Both the position numbers and the translations under genes were made by a program. The notes beneath the pieces were generated by a model. It was not told the DNA's origin. It saw nothing but the letters and a program-made list of their open reading frames with translations, and did not search any database. Positions 16,309-25,021 of a stretch of 30,000 bases of DNA are shown here, one piece after another (position 1 is the first letter of the stretch; each line of letters begins with the position of its first letter). Source of the DNA: a virus (Duplodnaviria > Caudoviricetes); the IMG/VR virus record IMGVR_UViG_3300023105_000125, positions 1 through 30,000 of that record. One strand, 5' to 3'.

Positions 16309-17196
16309 TTAGTCCATAAAAAAGTTGTCGTTACCTGCTGGAACTACTGTTTCTCTTGGGAAAGCAACCTCTACTATGCTCTCTTCTTTAGTTACGATAG
16401 GTCTGTCGTCACTATTTCCTTCACCAATTAGGTATCCTAGTACCTTGATGTTTACTTCGCTGGTGAATTGTCTTTCGTCTTCACCTAGATTGGCGACATT
16501 GTTAGACTGGTTGAAACCTTGGTCGATAAATGCTTCGTATAGATGTCCGTTTCTACGCATTACAAATGAATTTATTTGTCCTGTTCTCGTCATGAAGGGT
16601 TGGGTAAGATCGTTCATTTGCTGTTGATATTCTGTCTTGACTATGATCTTGTAGTCGAGATTCACATAGATAGGGATAGGAATTGAAAGGGTTTCAATAA
16701 CGACCTTCTTGTTCTCTCTCGGGAAGAATTTTTGCCTAGTTCCTGACGTGTTTGTGCGAGTATTGTTTACAACAGCAAAGTTTCGTGTCTTATCTTGCTT
16801 AATACGCTTAGCAATGGTCATACGTCCAGTCCTGCCATTACGCTTATTAGAGAATATGTGAGCTTGAAAACCACCCTTGTTAGTTGGATCCTTGGTTATG
16901 GTAGTTCTTTCAACTGTGATTACAGGCAAGACAATAGCACCAGAATTATTGTTATTTGGATCTCGCAGATCTTTGTTATTCTTGATTTGAAATGTACGCT
17001 CGGGTGTTTGCCAAAGAACAGGGACATTCTTGTAGCCTTCATTGGTTAATGTTGTTAAGCCAAGGTCTTCTTTAATCCAAGACATCATCGCATAATCGAT
17101 GTCTTCAATTCGAGAAGCAAGCATCCCTATCTCTTGTAGGGTAAACTCTTTCTGGTCTTCTGGGAGTTGTGCGAAATCAAAGTTATCAGGTAGCAT
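16309..17196 (-). CDS. Tail terminator / sheath stabiliser (gp15-like)
   Basis: IVLPVITVERTTITKDP and IPIPIYVNLDYKIIVKTEYQQQMNDL match gp15-type motifs. Lies between the neck and sheath genes. ATG 17196 (MLPDNF, 11-nt overlap with the upstream gene) is preferred over the TTG at 17241. Confidence 0.7.
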   Translation of the reverse strand: MLPDNFDFAQLPEDQKEFTLQEIGMLASRIEDIDYAMMSWIKEDLGLTTLTNEGYKNVPVLWQTPERTFQIKNNKDLRDPNNNNSGAIVLPVITVERTTITKDPTNKGGFQAHIFSNKRNGRTGRMTIAKRIKQDKTRNFAVVNNTRTNTSGTRQKFFPRENKKVVIETLSIPIPIYVNLDYKIIVKTEYQQQMNDLTQPFMTRTGQINSFVMRRNGHLYEAFIDQGFNQSNNVANLGEDERQFTSEVNIKVLGYLIGEGNSDDRPIVTKEESIVEVAFPRETVVPAGNDNFFMD

Positions 17197-17677
17197 CGAA
17201 TAGTCCCTTGCGTGCTCTCTTACATAGAGCAGACACTTCAAATGTTTGGTTTACTTGACCGAATAGTTTTCTTTGTGTTGAGAGTTTCATAATCTCGTAG
17301 TAGAGATCTCCATAGAGAACGAAGTCTCCCTCTCTTACAAAAACGTCTTGGTCTTCTGTTAGTCTGCGTTTATGGAAATGGACGGTAATTTGTGAAACGC
17401 TATCTATCCCCACTGAATCTAGGTAGGTTGTGTCTTCATTATCAAACTTAACGAGTGCGTAAATTCTTACGGGTGGTAGGAATGTTTTTTCTATTGCCTC
17501 GCCATAAAGCTCGTGGAAGTTTGTTGTTTCGAGATCAATAGGATAGTAAAGGATCTGTTGTCCGATTACCTTTTCTACAAGTTCGTCATTGACTTGCTTG
17601 ACAAGATCGCGCTCCTTCTTACCAAGAAAGAGTGGAGGAGGTGGTGATGCTGGTCTAGACCATTCGTTATCTGACAT
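17186..17677 (-). CDS. Neck / head completion protein (gp14-like)
   Basis: ERDLVKQVNDELVEKVIGQQILYYPID...LYGEAIEKTF...EGDFV. Follows the gp13-like gene. Confidence 0.72.
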   Translation of the reverse strand: MSDNEWSRPASPPPPLFLGKKERDLVKQVNDELVEKVIGQQILYYPIDLETTNFHELYGEAIEKTFLPPVRIYALVKFDNEDTTYLDSVGIDSVSQITVHFHKRRLTEDQDVFVREGDFVLYGDLYYEIMKLSTQRKLFGQVNQTFEVSALCKRARKGLFDAT

Positions 17678-17681
17678 TTAG

Positions 17682-18959
17682 TTATCCTACAAAGATAGGT
17701 AGTGGTGAGCGACGAAGAGTTTCTTCTGCTGCAACAACCTTCTCTTGTTCTTTCTTTGCGAGTTCTGGGTATTCGATTTCCTTCAGCATGTCTGTTAACT
17801 TCTGTCGTAGGTCATCTTTTTCTTTTTGTGCCTCGGATAGAAGGGAAGAATAGTTGAGCGTAACAGACTCGCCGGGAATTGGAACAGACTGGAACTTACC
17901 ACGAATTTGTCCTAGCATTTCCTTGCATAAAGCGAGAGCATAGTTGCGAATCCACTGCTTACCCATAGAGTTTATGTTCTGATAAGGAATGTTATCGAAT
18001 GGAAGTGTGTTTATGTTGTTGACGCCGTTTACGCCTGTGTTAGTGTCTCCGTTCTCACCCCAAGAGTTGTCTGTAATCCTAAAGCGAACCCAAACACGAT
18101 CAAGATAACCAGCGAAGTTATCCTCTCCGCGTGGAGTTGGATAGAGTCTTAGCTTGTTATTTATAATCTCATAAGAGTAGTGGGAGGTTCTTGTGAAAAG
18201 GGAATCTTCGTACATGATGGCTTGTAGTTTGTTCTGCCATGTTGGAACAATTTCAAATGTAGAGTCGTCGGCATATTGGCCATAGGTTGAGTAGTTGCCC
18301 ACAACGCCCATACCACCATAGTAGCCATAGAAGCGCCACATCGCGATTGGAGAGCGATAAAAAACCTTATCAATGATTACTCTGGAGTCTCCAACTTTTC
18401 CAGCGTATGGCACTGCATTACCCGCGTCGTCTAATCCTGTGTCAGAAGCAGAAGAAATAATTGACTGAAGGTCGTAGTCCTGCTGATTTTTAACAGTTGT
18501 GAAAGAAGCGGAGTAGATTGGAGTAGTTCCACCAAACCCAGCCATGGTTGCCATTGCGTCACCAACCTTGTTGGCATAAGATAGGGTAATCTTGGTATAC
18601 TGTAAGTTTACGCCATCTGGTCCTGAGAGGCTGTCGCCATTGTGGTCAAATGTGCCTGTAGCCTTTCCAAGCGCATCAGAAAGAACATTCTTGCCTTGGT
18701 GCATATTGAGGATGTATGAGTATTCTAGAACTGCTTCTTCGTATGCAGCATAAACATTTGCATTTGTAAGCTCGATATCAACAACATCGCCACCAAGTCG
18801 CTTGTAAACAAAATCTACTTGCTTTGCAGCACCAGTAAGAAAGTATTGTGAATCACTGTAGATTCCAAACGGGACTGCTGCGGCTACTGCTGACGGATCA
18901 CCAGTAGATGAAAGAATTACTGCGCTAGTCTCGGAAAGTGGTTGTAAGTTTGTGGGCAT
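17682..18959 (-). CDS. gp13: Neck / head-tail adaptor protein (gp13-like)
   Basis: RLGGDVVDIELT...AYEEAVLEY and C-terminal WIRNYALALCKEMLGQIRGKF..VPIPG..VTLN...LLSEAQKEK are gp13 motifs. AGGAGG SD. Confidence 0.85.
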   Translation of the reverse strand: MPTNLQPLSETSAVILSSTGDPSAVAAAVPFGIYSDSQYFLTGAAKQVDFVYKRLGGDVVDIELTNANVYAAYEEAVLEYSYILNMHQGKNVLSDALGKATGTFDHNGDSLSGPDGVNLQYTKITLSYANKVGDAMATMAGFGGTTPIYSASFTTVKNQQDYDLQSIISSASDTGLDDAGNAVPYAGKVGDSRVIIDKVFYRSPIAMWRFYGYYGGMGVVGNYSTYGQYADDSTFEIVPTWQNKLQAIMYEDSLFTRTSHYSYEIINNKLRLYPTPRGEDNFAGYLDRVWVRFRITDNSWGENGDTNTGVNGVNNINTLPFDNIPYQNINSMGKQWIRNYALALCKEMLGQIRGKFQSVPIPGESVTLNYSSLLSEAQKEKDDLRQKLTDMLKEIEYPELAKKEQEKVVAAEETLRRSPLPIFVG

Positions 18960-18981
18960 TCATAGAGCCTCCTAGTCGTAG

Positions 18982-18989
18982 TAAATAGT
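18982..18989 (-). promoter_or_regulatory. Candidate late promoter (ACTATTTA) before the neck genes
   Basis: Exact motif 8 nt after a terminator U-tract and about 23 nt before the ATG. Shares ACTATTTACTACGA with the copy at 19899. Confidence 0.68.
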
Positions 18990-18997
18990 GACAGCAT

Positions 18998-19030
18998 AAA
19001 CAAAAACCCCCCCTACAATGAGTAGGGGGG
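18998..19030 (-). terminator. Rho-independent terminator
   Basis: Minus strand CCCCCCTAC-TCATT-GTAGGGGGG-GTTTTTGTTT. Confidence 0.85.
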
Positions 19031-19052
19031 AATATTGAAAAAGGAGGCAATA

Positions 19053-19361
19053 TTATTTTTTATCTGTAGTTTTCTTTGCGGTGGTCTTTCTACGTGTTGT
19101 GGTTGTCTTTCTTGCTCTGGTTGTTTTCTTGGCAACAGGCTTTGCAACCTTTGGCACCTCTTCGACAACTGGCTCTTCGACAACTGGCTCTTCAACAACT
19201 GGTTTTTCAACAACTGGAGCGGCAACTACTGCTGCCTCCTCAACAACAGGTGCAGCCTCGGCTACAACTGGTGCTTGCTCAACAACAGGAGCGACCTCCG
19301 GGGAACCCAGAAGTCTTTCTTTGCGTGCGAGGAGTCTCGCTCTTTTCTTTCTACGACCCAT
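19053..19361 (-). CDS. Low-complexity protein: basic N-terminus, (P/A)VVEE repeats, K/R/T-rich C-terminus
   Basis: 102-aa ORF with GAGGT SD, filling the gap between the decoration-like gene and a terminator. Confidence 0.7.
   Translation of the reverse strand: MGRRKKRARLLARKERLLGSPEVAPVVEQAPVVAEAAPVVEEAAVVAAPVVEKPVVEEPVVEEPVVEEVPKVAKPVAKKTTRARKTTTTRRKTTAKKTTDKK
19161..19217. repeat. 15-bp tandem repeat (about 4 copies) encoding PVVE(E/K)
   Basis: ttcgacaactggctc x2, ttcaacaactggttt, ttcaacaactgg. Confidence 0.9.
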
Positions 19362-19374
19362 TAGTTACCTCTTA

Positions 19375-19839
19375 TCAAATGCTATCTGCTTTAGCCATGG
19401 TACTGGTGTTGAATGTCATGCCAGTAACATACCAATCAGTACCATCACAATGAAATTCAACGTAATCTCCGACAGTTGCGGCACCAGCGGAAGTGTCAAA
19501 AGTCAATTTAGAAGTGTTTTCAGTAACTTCAAAGGGTGTGCCTCCAGCGTCAATAGAACCACCCATATCAACATCATCATCTCCAGTTGTGATAATTAGA
19601 TCTTTGGTAGCCTCGTTATTGGAAGCTGTTGCCAAAACAATTCTGAAGTAATAGCCAGCAACCGGAGTAGGCAACTTAATACTAGCTGTGTATGTGCTAA
19701 TGTCTACAAAGTAAACCTCACCAGTTTCAGCAGTTCCAATTTCTTTAGTGTAAGCTGATGTAGTACCATCAGCAGTTGGAGTGATAGTCTCAACTCTCAT
19801 TTTAGAAGCGTTGTAAGCCGCTCTTCCTACTTTAGCCAT
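19375..19839 (-). CDS. Probable capsid decoration / virion structural protein
   Basis: 154 aa directly after the major capsid gene, with its own motif copy and AAGGAGA SD. IKLPTPVAGYYFRIV...GDYVEFHCDGTDWYV is a beta-rich domain resembling the C-termini of the upstream fibre genes. Confidence 0.55.
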   Translation of the reverse strand: MAKVGRAAYNASKMRVETITPTADGTTSAYTKEIGTAETGEVYFVDISTYTASIKLPTPVAGYYFRIVLATASNNEATKDLIITTGDDDVDMGGSIDAGGTPFEVTENTSKLTFDTSAGAATVGDYVEFHCDGTDWYVTGMTFNTSTMAKADSI

Positions 19840-19898
19840 ATTATAATCTCCTTTTAAATATGCTTTAATACTCGATGTATAACATCGCGAATTCGTAG

Positions 19899-19906
19899 TA
19901 AATAGT
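19899..19906 (-). promoter_or_regulatory. Candidate late promoter (ACTATTTA)
   Basis: Exact motif between the capsid terminator and the next ATG. Confidence 0.68.
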
Positions 19907-19935
19907 ATGGTATTTTATTAAAAGCCTCGCACAAT

Positions 19936-19964
19936 AAAAAAACCCCCCGCCTTATGGCGGGGGG
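19936..19964 (-). terminator. Rho-independent terminator after the major capsid gene
   Basis: Minus strand CCCCCCGCC-ATAA-GGCGGGGGG-TTTTTTT. Confidence 0.92.
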
Positions 19965-19986
19965 CTTAGTTTGGGTTAGTTAGCTA

Positions 19987-21870
19987 TCAAGCGCCAGACT
20001 CACCTAGGAGACCACGTACAACGACTAGACCGTACATATCTGGACGAACCATTTGCTTCGCGTAACGGGTCATAACGCCCTTACGTGGTACGAAGTCTTC
20101 TGGTCCGAAGATTGTTGGGGTAGTCTGTAGTGGGACGTATGGAGCATAGACGTAGCCGCTTTCGAGGAAGCTAGCACCACGACGACCAACTAGTAAAACG
20201 TTGCGTAGGAAGTAGGGGTCAACGATGACATCAAACTTCTTGCTGAGTGAGCCGACCTTGAGAGCGCCGATGGAGCCCTTCTCATCGGTGTGAGTGACGC
20301 TTGCACGGAAGCCAGCGGTGAACTCAAGGATGTTGGCAACCTCGGGTCCGCAGACGACGAAGTTAGCACCACCACGTAGAGTCTTACGGTGGATCTGTGC
20401 GGAGACATCGTTGATGGTCTCAACGAGGGTCTCGTACCACTCAGAGACGGTACCGGTGAAGTCAGGAGCAGCAGAAGTTGCACCTAGCTCGTTTCCGTTG
20501 GAATCAACGAAGAGACCGGGAGCGCGGCTCCAGTAACGGGTAGCAGCGGTGGCACCGTTAACGAGGTCAGCAAGGATCTCACGGTCAATCTCTAGAGCAA
20601 TCTGCTCGGAGAGGATTGAGGTAAGCTCAACCTCAGCATCCAAGTTGTGGTATGCGTTAAGGTCCTGACCTAGCTCTGGGGTCCACTTAGCCTTGAGCTT
20701 CTTGCTCTGAGCGGTGACCGCGATGGAATCGACCTTGATGTCGATTTCTGGAATGTCAGCGTTCTTCTCAAGTGGGAAGAGGTCGCCAACGACTGCGCCT
20801 ACGGTGCTAGCAGCATCAATCTGATCCTGTAGTGGGTAAACAAAGTCAGCAGCAGCAAGGGTGGTACCAACGACTGCAGCAGCCGATTCGGCGGTAACAA
20901 CAGAGCTTCCACCGATAATGACGTAACGAATTGCTTCGCCGCCATCAGAAGCCAACATGCTGTCTGCATTAGAAACGCGGGTGGTCAAACGACGGATCTG
21001 GTCAACATTGTTGGTGTCAAGTGAGCCTGAAGTAATACCACCGTGGTTCGCAAGTGCAGTGATAAAGGTATCACTTAGGGTTCTCGCGCGGTCTGAACCT
21101 CTAGCGAGTGGTGCAAGCACGAACGCTGAAAGGTTGTTGAAGTCAGGGTCACCGAGTGCTGAATCGTGATCTGCAGTTGAAACATCAAGAACAGCAACAC
21201 CAAAGGTGCTGTCAGTAATGGAGAGAAGATCGGGGTCGTACTGAATCTTCTTCTTGTCAGCATCGCTAACTGCACCATCAAGTATAAAGGTTCTAAGAAC
21301 AGCGTTGGTGGTATCACTTGCAACAGTGGTGCTGTTTGAACCAGTTGCGCTGGCGTAAGCGTAGCCGGTAGCGCCATCACGAAGAGGTCCACCGAAGCCG
21401 CGCTTGTTGGTAGCGTCAACTAGATCAACACCATCGACAACCTCGGAACCAACTTGGTTGGTACCGTAGATTGACTTGGCAACACGGTTACCGAGACGAT
21501 CGGTCTGGGAGCCACTCTCACCAAGATCACCGGAGAAGGTGAAGTCAAGGAAGAAGATGAGTCCGCTGGGGAGGCTCATTGGCTGAACGCTGACGAGATC
21601 GTTGGCGATAAGACCAGCGAAAACGCGGCGAACGATTGGGAATGCGACGGCGGCGAAGCCCTCGACTGAACCAGCGCCGAGAGTGGTGCTCTCGCGGAGT
21701 AGCTCCTTGGCTTGGTTCTCAAGTAGGCGAGCCATTGAGTTCTGCTGACGCTCGGACTCAATGCCCTCTAGGAGACCGGTCTTCTTCCACTTGGTAAGAA
21801 GAGCGTGGGACTCAGCACGCATATCACGATTGACAACGCCTTCGGTCAATCTTTCAACAATACTAGACAT
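19987..21870 (-). CDS. gp23: Major capsid protein (T4 gp23-like)
   Basis: KWKKTGLLEG, LLENQ, PIVRRV...VSVQPMSLPSGLIFFL, KLKAKWTPELGQDLNAYHNLDAEVEL, EIDREIL and YAPYVPL...PRKGVMTRYA. AAGGAGG SD. Confidence 0.96.
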   Translation of the reverse strand: MSSIVERLTEGVVNRDMRAESHALLTKWKKTGLLEGIESERQQNSMARLLENQAKELLRESTTLGAGSVEGFAAVAFPIVRRVFAGLIANDLVSVQPMSLPSGLIFFLDFTFSGDLGESGSQTDRLGNRVAKSIYGTNQVGSEVVDGVDLVDATNKRGFGGPLRDGATGYAYASATGSNSTTVASDTTNAVLRTFILDGAVSDADKKKIQYDPDLLSITDSTFGVAVLDVSTADHDSALGDPDFNNLSAFVLAPLARGSDRARTLSDTFITALANHGGITSGSLDTNNVDQIRRLTTRVSNADSMLASDGGEAIRYVIIGGSSVVTAESAAAVVGTTLAAADFVYPLQDQIDAASTVGAVVGDLFPLEKNADIPEIDIKVDSIAVTAQSKKLKAKWTPELGQDLNAYHNLDAEVELTSILSEQIALEIDREILADLVNGATAATRYWSRAPGLFVDSNGNELGATSAAPDFTGTVSEWYETLVETINDVSAQIHRKTLRGGANFVVCGPEVANILEFTAGFRASVTHTDEKGSIGALKVGSLSKKFDVIVDPYFLRNVLLVGRRGASFLESGYVYAPYVPLQTTPTIFGPEDFVPRKGVMTRYAKQMVRPDMYGLVVVRGLLGESGA

Positions 21871-21898
21871 AATTATAAATCCTCCTTAAATTTTTGAT

Positions 21899-23137
21899 TT
21901 ATTCTAAACCTGCTAGTTTACGCATTCTTGCTTGGAAAGGATCCACTTTGGGCTCTTCCTTGCGAGATGCACGGATAATGGAAGTTGGACGGGTGATAGC
22001 TTCGCTTAGTGATTGTGGTCCTCTCTGGGGAGTGGACGCCACTGTGCTTTGAAGGGTCTCGTGGATTGTCTTCGCTTCCTCAACCGAACCAGCCTTAGAA
22101 ATCGCTTCGACAATTCTTTCTTTTTGTCGCTCATTCAGGGAGGTATTTCTCAGCGTGCGGTTGGTGTAAAGGAGACGCGCATTACTAAGATTTACATCCT
22201 GCACGTTTTCCTTAAGTGATTCAACTACTCCTTGGTAGTTGGAAAGATTTTCTTTTAGTTTCTTGTTCTCGAACACTAGCTCTTCTTGAGCCTTCTTAAG
22301 TGCTTCGAGTTCTTCTGCGACCTCGGTGCTGCGGCGGTGTGCCATCTCTAGCTCCATCTGGTGCTTCATGTCGTCGTCAGAACGACCAGCCCAACCAGAG
22401 AGCGTAGCACCCATGTCTACGGTAAGTTTTTCCATAATTGCATCAAGCATGTCATCGGAGAGTTCCTCGTAAAGATCTTCGTCTTCTTCAAGACCCTTAC
22501 GTCGGGGGTCACCGCCCTTGCCATAGTGAGATCTTTCTAGTTCTTTCTGTCTCCGGGCGGCTTTCGCTTTCTTCGTGCGTTCCACGCTCGCAGCCTCGCT
22601 TCCGGGCACATCCTTGAGATCACCTGTGGGACCTTTCATAACACCCTCTTCGACTTCTTCCTCTTCTTCGGAAAGCATAGCAGCGACCATCTCCATGATG
22701 GACTCTTCGTCAAGTTCGAGTTCTTCATCCATTGGCTCTTCGTCTGCTTCTTCTTCATCTTCTTCGTTTAGTGTTTCTTCTTCGACACCCTCACGAAGTT
22801 GCTTTAGAGCCTCGGCAAGTTCGGCAAAGTCAACAGTAACCTCTGTCTCGTCGCCTTCGTTTACGCCGTCGAGTTCAGCAACGTCTTCTGTGAAAGCGTC
22901 GGGGACACCTTCTGCAATCTCGTCAGCATTGACTTCCTCTTCCATAGCGCCTTCGGCGTCGGCAGAGGGTTCGTCACCACCTAAAAGGGCACCAAGCTCA
23001 TCCTGCTCAAGAAGTTGGTTGAGGGTTGACTTGACCTCTTCTGAATACTTGTCGATAATGGTGGCTTCCGCATTTTTCATTGCGGCTTCCTTCAACGCCT
23101 TGGCGTCTACAATTGCTTGCTCTAATAGTGAAGACAT
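21899..23137 (-). CDS. Prohead core / scaffolding protein
   Basis: Highly acidic with a coiled-coil C-terminus ending RMRKLAGL, many L/V-x-E motifs, immediately upstream of the capsid gene. ATG 23137 (MSSLLEQAIVDAK) with AGGAG SD. Confidence 0.8.
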   Translation of the reverse strand: MSSLLEQAIVDAKALKEAAMKNAEATIIDKYSEEVKSTLNQLLEQDELGALLGGDEPSADAEGAMEEEVNADEIAEGVPDAFTEDVAELDGVNEGDETEVTVDFAELAEALKQLREGVEEETLNEEDEEEADEEPMDEELELDEESIMEMVAAMLSEEEEEVEEGVMKGPTGDLKDVPGSEAASVERTKKAKAARRQKELERSHYGKGGDPRRKGLEEDEDLYEELSDDMLDAIMEKLTVDMGATLSGWAGRSDDDMKHQMELEMAHRRSTEVAEELEALKKAQEELVFENKKLKENLSNYQGVVESLKENVQDVNLSNARLLYTNRTLRNTSLNERQKERIVEAISKAGSVEEAKTIHETLQSTVASTPQRGPQSLSEAITRPTSIIRASRKEEPKVDPFQARMRKLAGLE

Positions 23138-23184
23138 TAACAAAAACTCCTATAATAATAGTTTTTCAATCTAACTAGTAACAA

Positions 23185-23192
23185 TAAATAGT
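23185..23192 (-). promoter_or_regulatory. Candidate late promoter (ACTATTTA) for the scaffold-capsid operon
   Basis: Exact intergenic motif. A variant, ACTAGTTA, follows at 23172-23179. Confidence 0.68.
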
Positions 23193-23199
23193 AAACGCA

Positions 23200-24924
23200 C
23201 TAGAAAGAGCCGCTTTTAGCGATAATAGCCCAACCATAATTTGATCCACCAAAGTCTGCGGCAACGATTTCCATAAACGCGCCCTGTGGTGTTAGATCTT
23301 TTGTTGCAACACTATCGATTGTGTCACTACCAGAGACATGAACTTCGCCTGTTCCTGTTCTCTTGATTGTCAATGTAAGCCCAATATCACTTGCGCCAAT
23401 AGTTGGCAAACTAGCGGTTGCAACAGAAGAATTGTTCATTATAACTATTTCGTCTCCTATCACTATGGAATAGCTTGCAGTGTGGACCGAAGTAGAAACA
23501 AATACAGAACCTTGGGTTTTTAAATTTCCATTAACGTCTAGGTCTTGTTCTGGGGTTGTTGTATTTATCCCTACTCTGTTCTGAGATGAAGAGACAAAGA
23601 TTGTGTTGTCTTGAACAGATTGGTCCGAATCGTTACCGATGAATAGATAACCCTTATCTAAGTTTGGCGTTGCGTTTGTTCTGCCTGCACCACCAACTCT
23701 GATAAGACCAGACGCATCGACCTTTGCAACTTTGCCGATGTTTTGTAGTAGATTGCCAGAGCCAGTCGGGGCAACATTTGTAAAACTACCAGATACGCCA
23801 CCAGAACCAGTCTGAACGTAAAGTGTATCTCCGAGAGAGAAAGCAGATGTATCTACTCCGTTTAGCCTACCAAATGTTGCGATTCTAACTGGTTGTCCGT
23901 TTGGGATAGAACCATCGGCAACAAAACCAAACGCTGGCATCTTGGCTGGATCATCACAAGCAGCGAGAGCAACTGTGGGCGTGTTTCCTGAAACGCCCTT
24001 GAGATAAACAACATTACCTTTTACCAGATCAGCACCTTCGTCGTTAACGCCGGTAAATGCAACCGCTCCGTCCATAAAATTGAAGAAAGCATTTTCATAA
24101 CGAGTATCCGTATCACCGATGTCATACTGCTCGTCGGCTAATGGCATTATGTTGGCTGTTGATGCTGTACCATTTAGGATAGTTGAGCCGGTTACGAAAA
24201 GAGTGTTAGAACTAAACGTTAGATTAGATGAAGCACCAAAGTTACCACCATCGTTGAACTGTATCTGTGTATTGAGTCCAGCAGGCGAAGTATCTGGGAT
24301 TGCATCACCAAAGTAAGTTGTCAAGTTTGCCATTGTTATTGACTTATTTACACCGGAATCTGAAACTAACATTGTGTCTGTTATCTCTAAATCTCCAGAT
24401 GTCATTGTACCTAAACCTGAAAGATCAACTTTGACGCCTGAATTTGCGCGTGCAAGAGCAGGCGCAGTGTCCAACTTGATTCTTACATTATTGCTTCCAT
24501 CATCTTCTAGACCTTGACCAAGATTTATGTTTGTTGCCCCAACGTTTGTCAAGCCAGTAGCGTCTCCATAGAACTCTGAACCGGAAATAGTAGAAGACGC
24601 AGAGATTGCGCCTGTTACGGTTAGCAGAGAACCATCAAATAGCAAATTGGCTTCGCCCTGAACTGTCGTAGAATCAACTGAAGTAAGAACTCTGTTATCT
24701 CCTGATGAGTTGTAGGTGTCAATAGGCGAGGATGTGAGACCAGATAATTGTGAGCCATCACCATAAAAGATTGAGGCAGAGAGCCCAGAAGATGCTGTAA
24801 CCATTTGGGAGAAAGTCTTTGTGCCCCCAATAGTCTGATCAGAGTGGTCATCAACCATGTCCTCAATTGTGCCTTGTGTTGGTCCGCTGAACTCAACATT
24901 TCCTTTGATAACGTTATAAGCCAT
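23200..24924 (-). CDS. Mosaic virion fibre protein
   Basis: Contains fibre-type modules DQTIGGTKTF, DNRVLTS...GEANLLFDG, TQIQFNDGGNFGASSNLTF and NRVGINTTTP..DLDVNG, an internal cement/beta-tulip-like segment (KGNVVY...MPAFGFV...GDTLYV...QNIG), and the shared C-terminal domain. Confidence 0.68.
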   Translation of the reverse strand: MAYNVIKGNVEFSGPTQGTIEDMVDDHSDQTIGGTKTFSQMVTASSGLSASIFYGDGSQLSGLTSSPIDTYNSSGDNRVLTSVDSTTVQGEANLLFDGSLLTVTGAISASSTISGSEFYGDATGLTNVGATNINLGQGLEDDGSNNVRIKLDTAPALARANSGVKVDLSGLGTMTSGDLEITDTMLVSDSGVNKSITMANLTTYFGDAIPDTSPAGLNTQIQFNDGGNFGASSNLTFSSNTLFVTGSTILNGTASTANIMPLADEQYDIGDTDTRYENAFFNFMDGAVAFTGVNDEGADLVKGNVVYLKGVSGNTPTVALAACDDPAKMPAFGFVADGSIPNGQPVRIATFGRLNGVDTSAFSLGDTLYVQTGSGGVSGSFTNVAPTGSGNLLQNIGKVAKVDASGLIRVGGAGRTNATPNLDKGYLFIGNDSDQSVQDNTIFVSSSQNRVGINTTTPEQDLDVNGNLKTQGSVFVSTSVHTASYSIVIGDEIVIMNNSSVATASLPTIGASDIGLTLTIKRTGTGEVHVSGSDTIDSVATKDLTPQGAFMEIVAADFGGSNYGWAIIAKSGSF

Positions 24925-24953
24925 ACAAAATTCCTTTTGTTTTATGTTCTCAA

Positions 24954-24961
24954 TAAATAGT
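24954..24961 (-). promoter_or_regulatory. Candidate late promoter (ACTATTTA)
   Basis: Exact motif 6 nt after a terminator U-tract and about 30 nt before the ATG. Confidence 0.68.
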
Positions 24962-24967
24962 CAATAC

Positions 24968-25000
24968 AAAAAAGGATGCCCCCCATAAAGGAGGGCATCC
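24968..25000 (-). terminator. Rho-independent terminator
   Basis: Minus strand GGATGCCCTCC-TTTAT-GGGGGGCATCC-TTTTTT. Confidence 0.9.
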
Positions 25001-25021
25001 AAATAATAGCAATCGAAAATA

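Noticed and set aside
17197-17241. Extended N-terminus of the gp15-like ORF
   Set aside because: It would overlap the gp14-like gene by 56 nt; ATG 17196 gives a short coupled overlap.
3782-17677. Extracellular contractile injection system or tailocin interpretation
   Set aside because: Capsid, scaffold, neck and replication genes are linked, so this is a phage.
19161-19217. Short repeats as a possible CRISPR array
   Set aside because: Head-to-tail in-frame coding repeats with no spacers and no cas genes.
19013-19599. Several overlapping ORFs in alternative frames and on the plus strand around the PVVEE repeat
   Set aside because: Open frames result from the 15-bp low-complexity repeat; only 19053-19361 fits the operon layout with a well-placed SD.
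22575-23174. 199-aa Ser-rich plus-strand ORF
   Set aside because: Antisense shadow of the Glu/Asp-rich scaffold gene.
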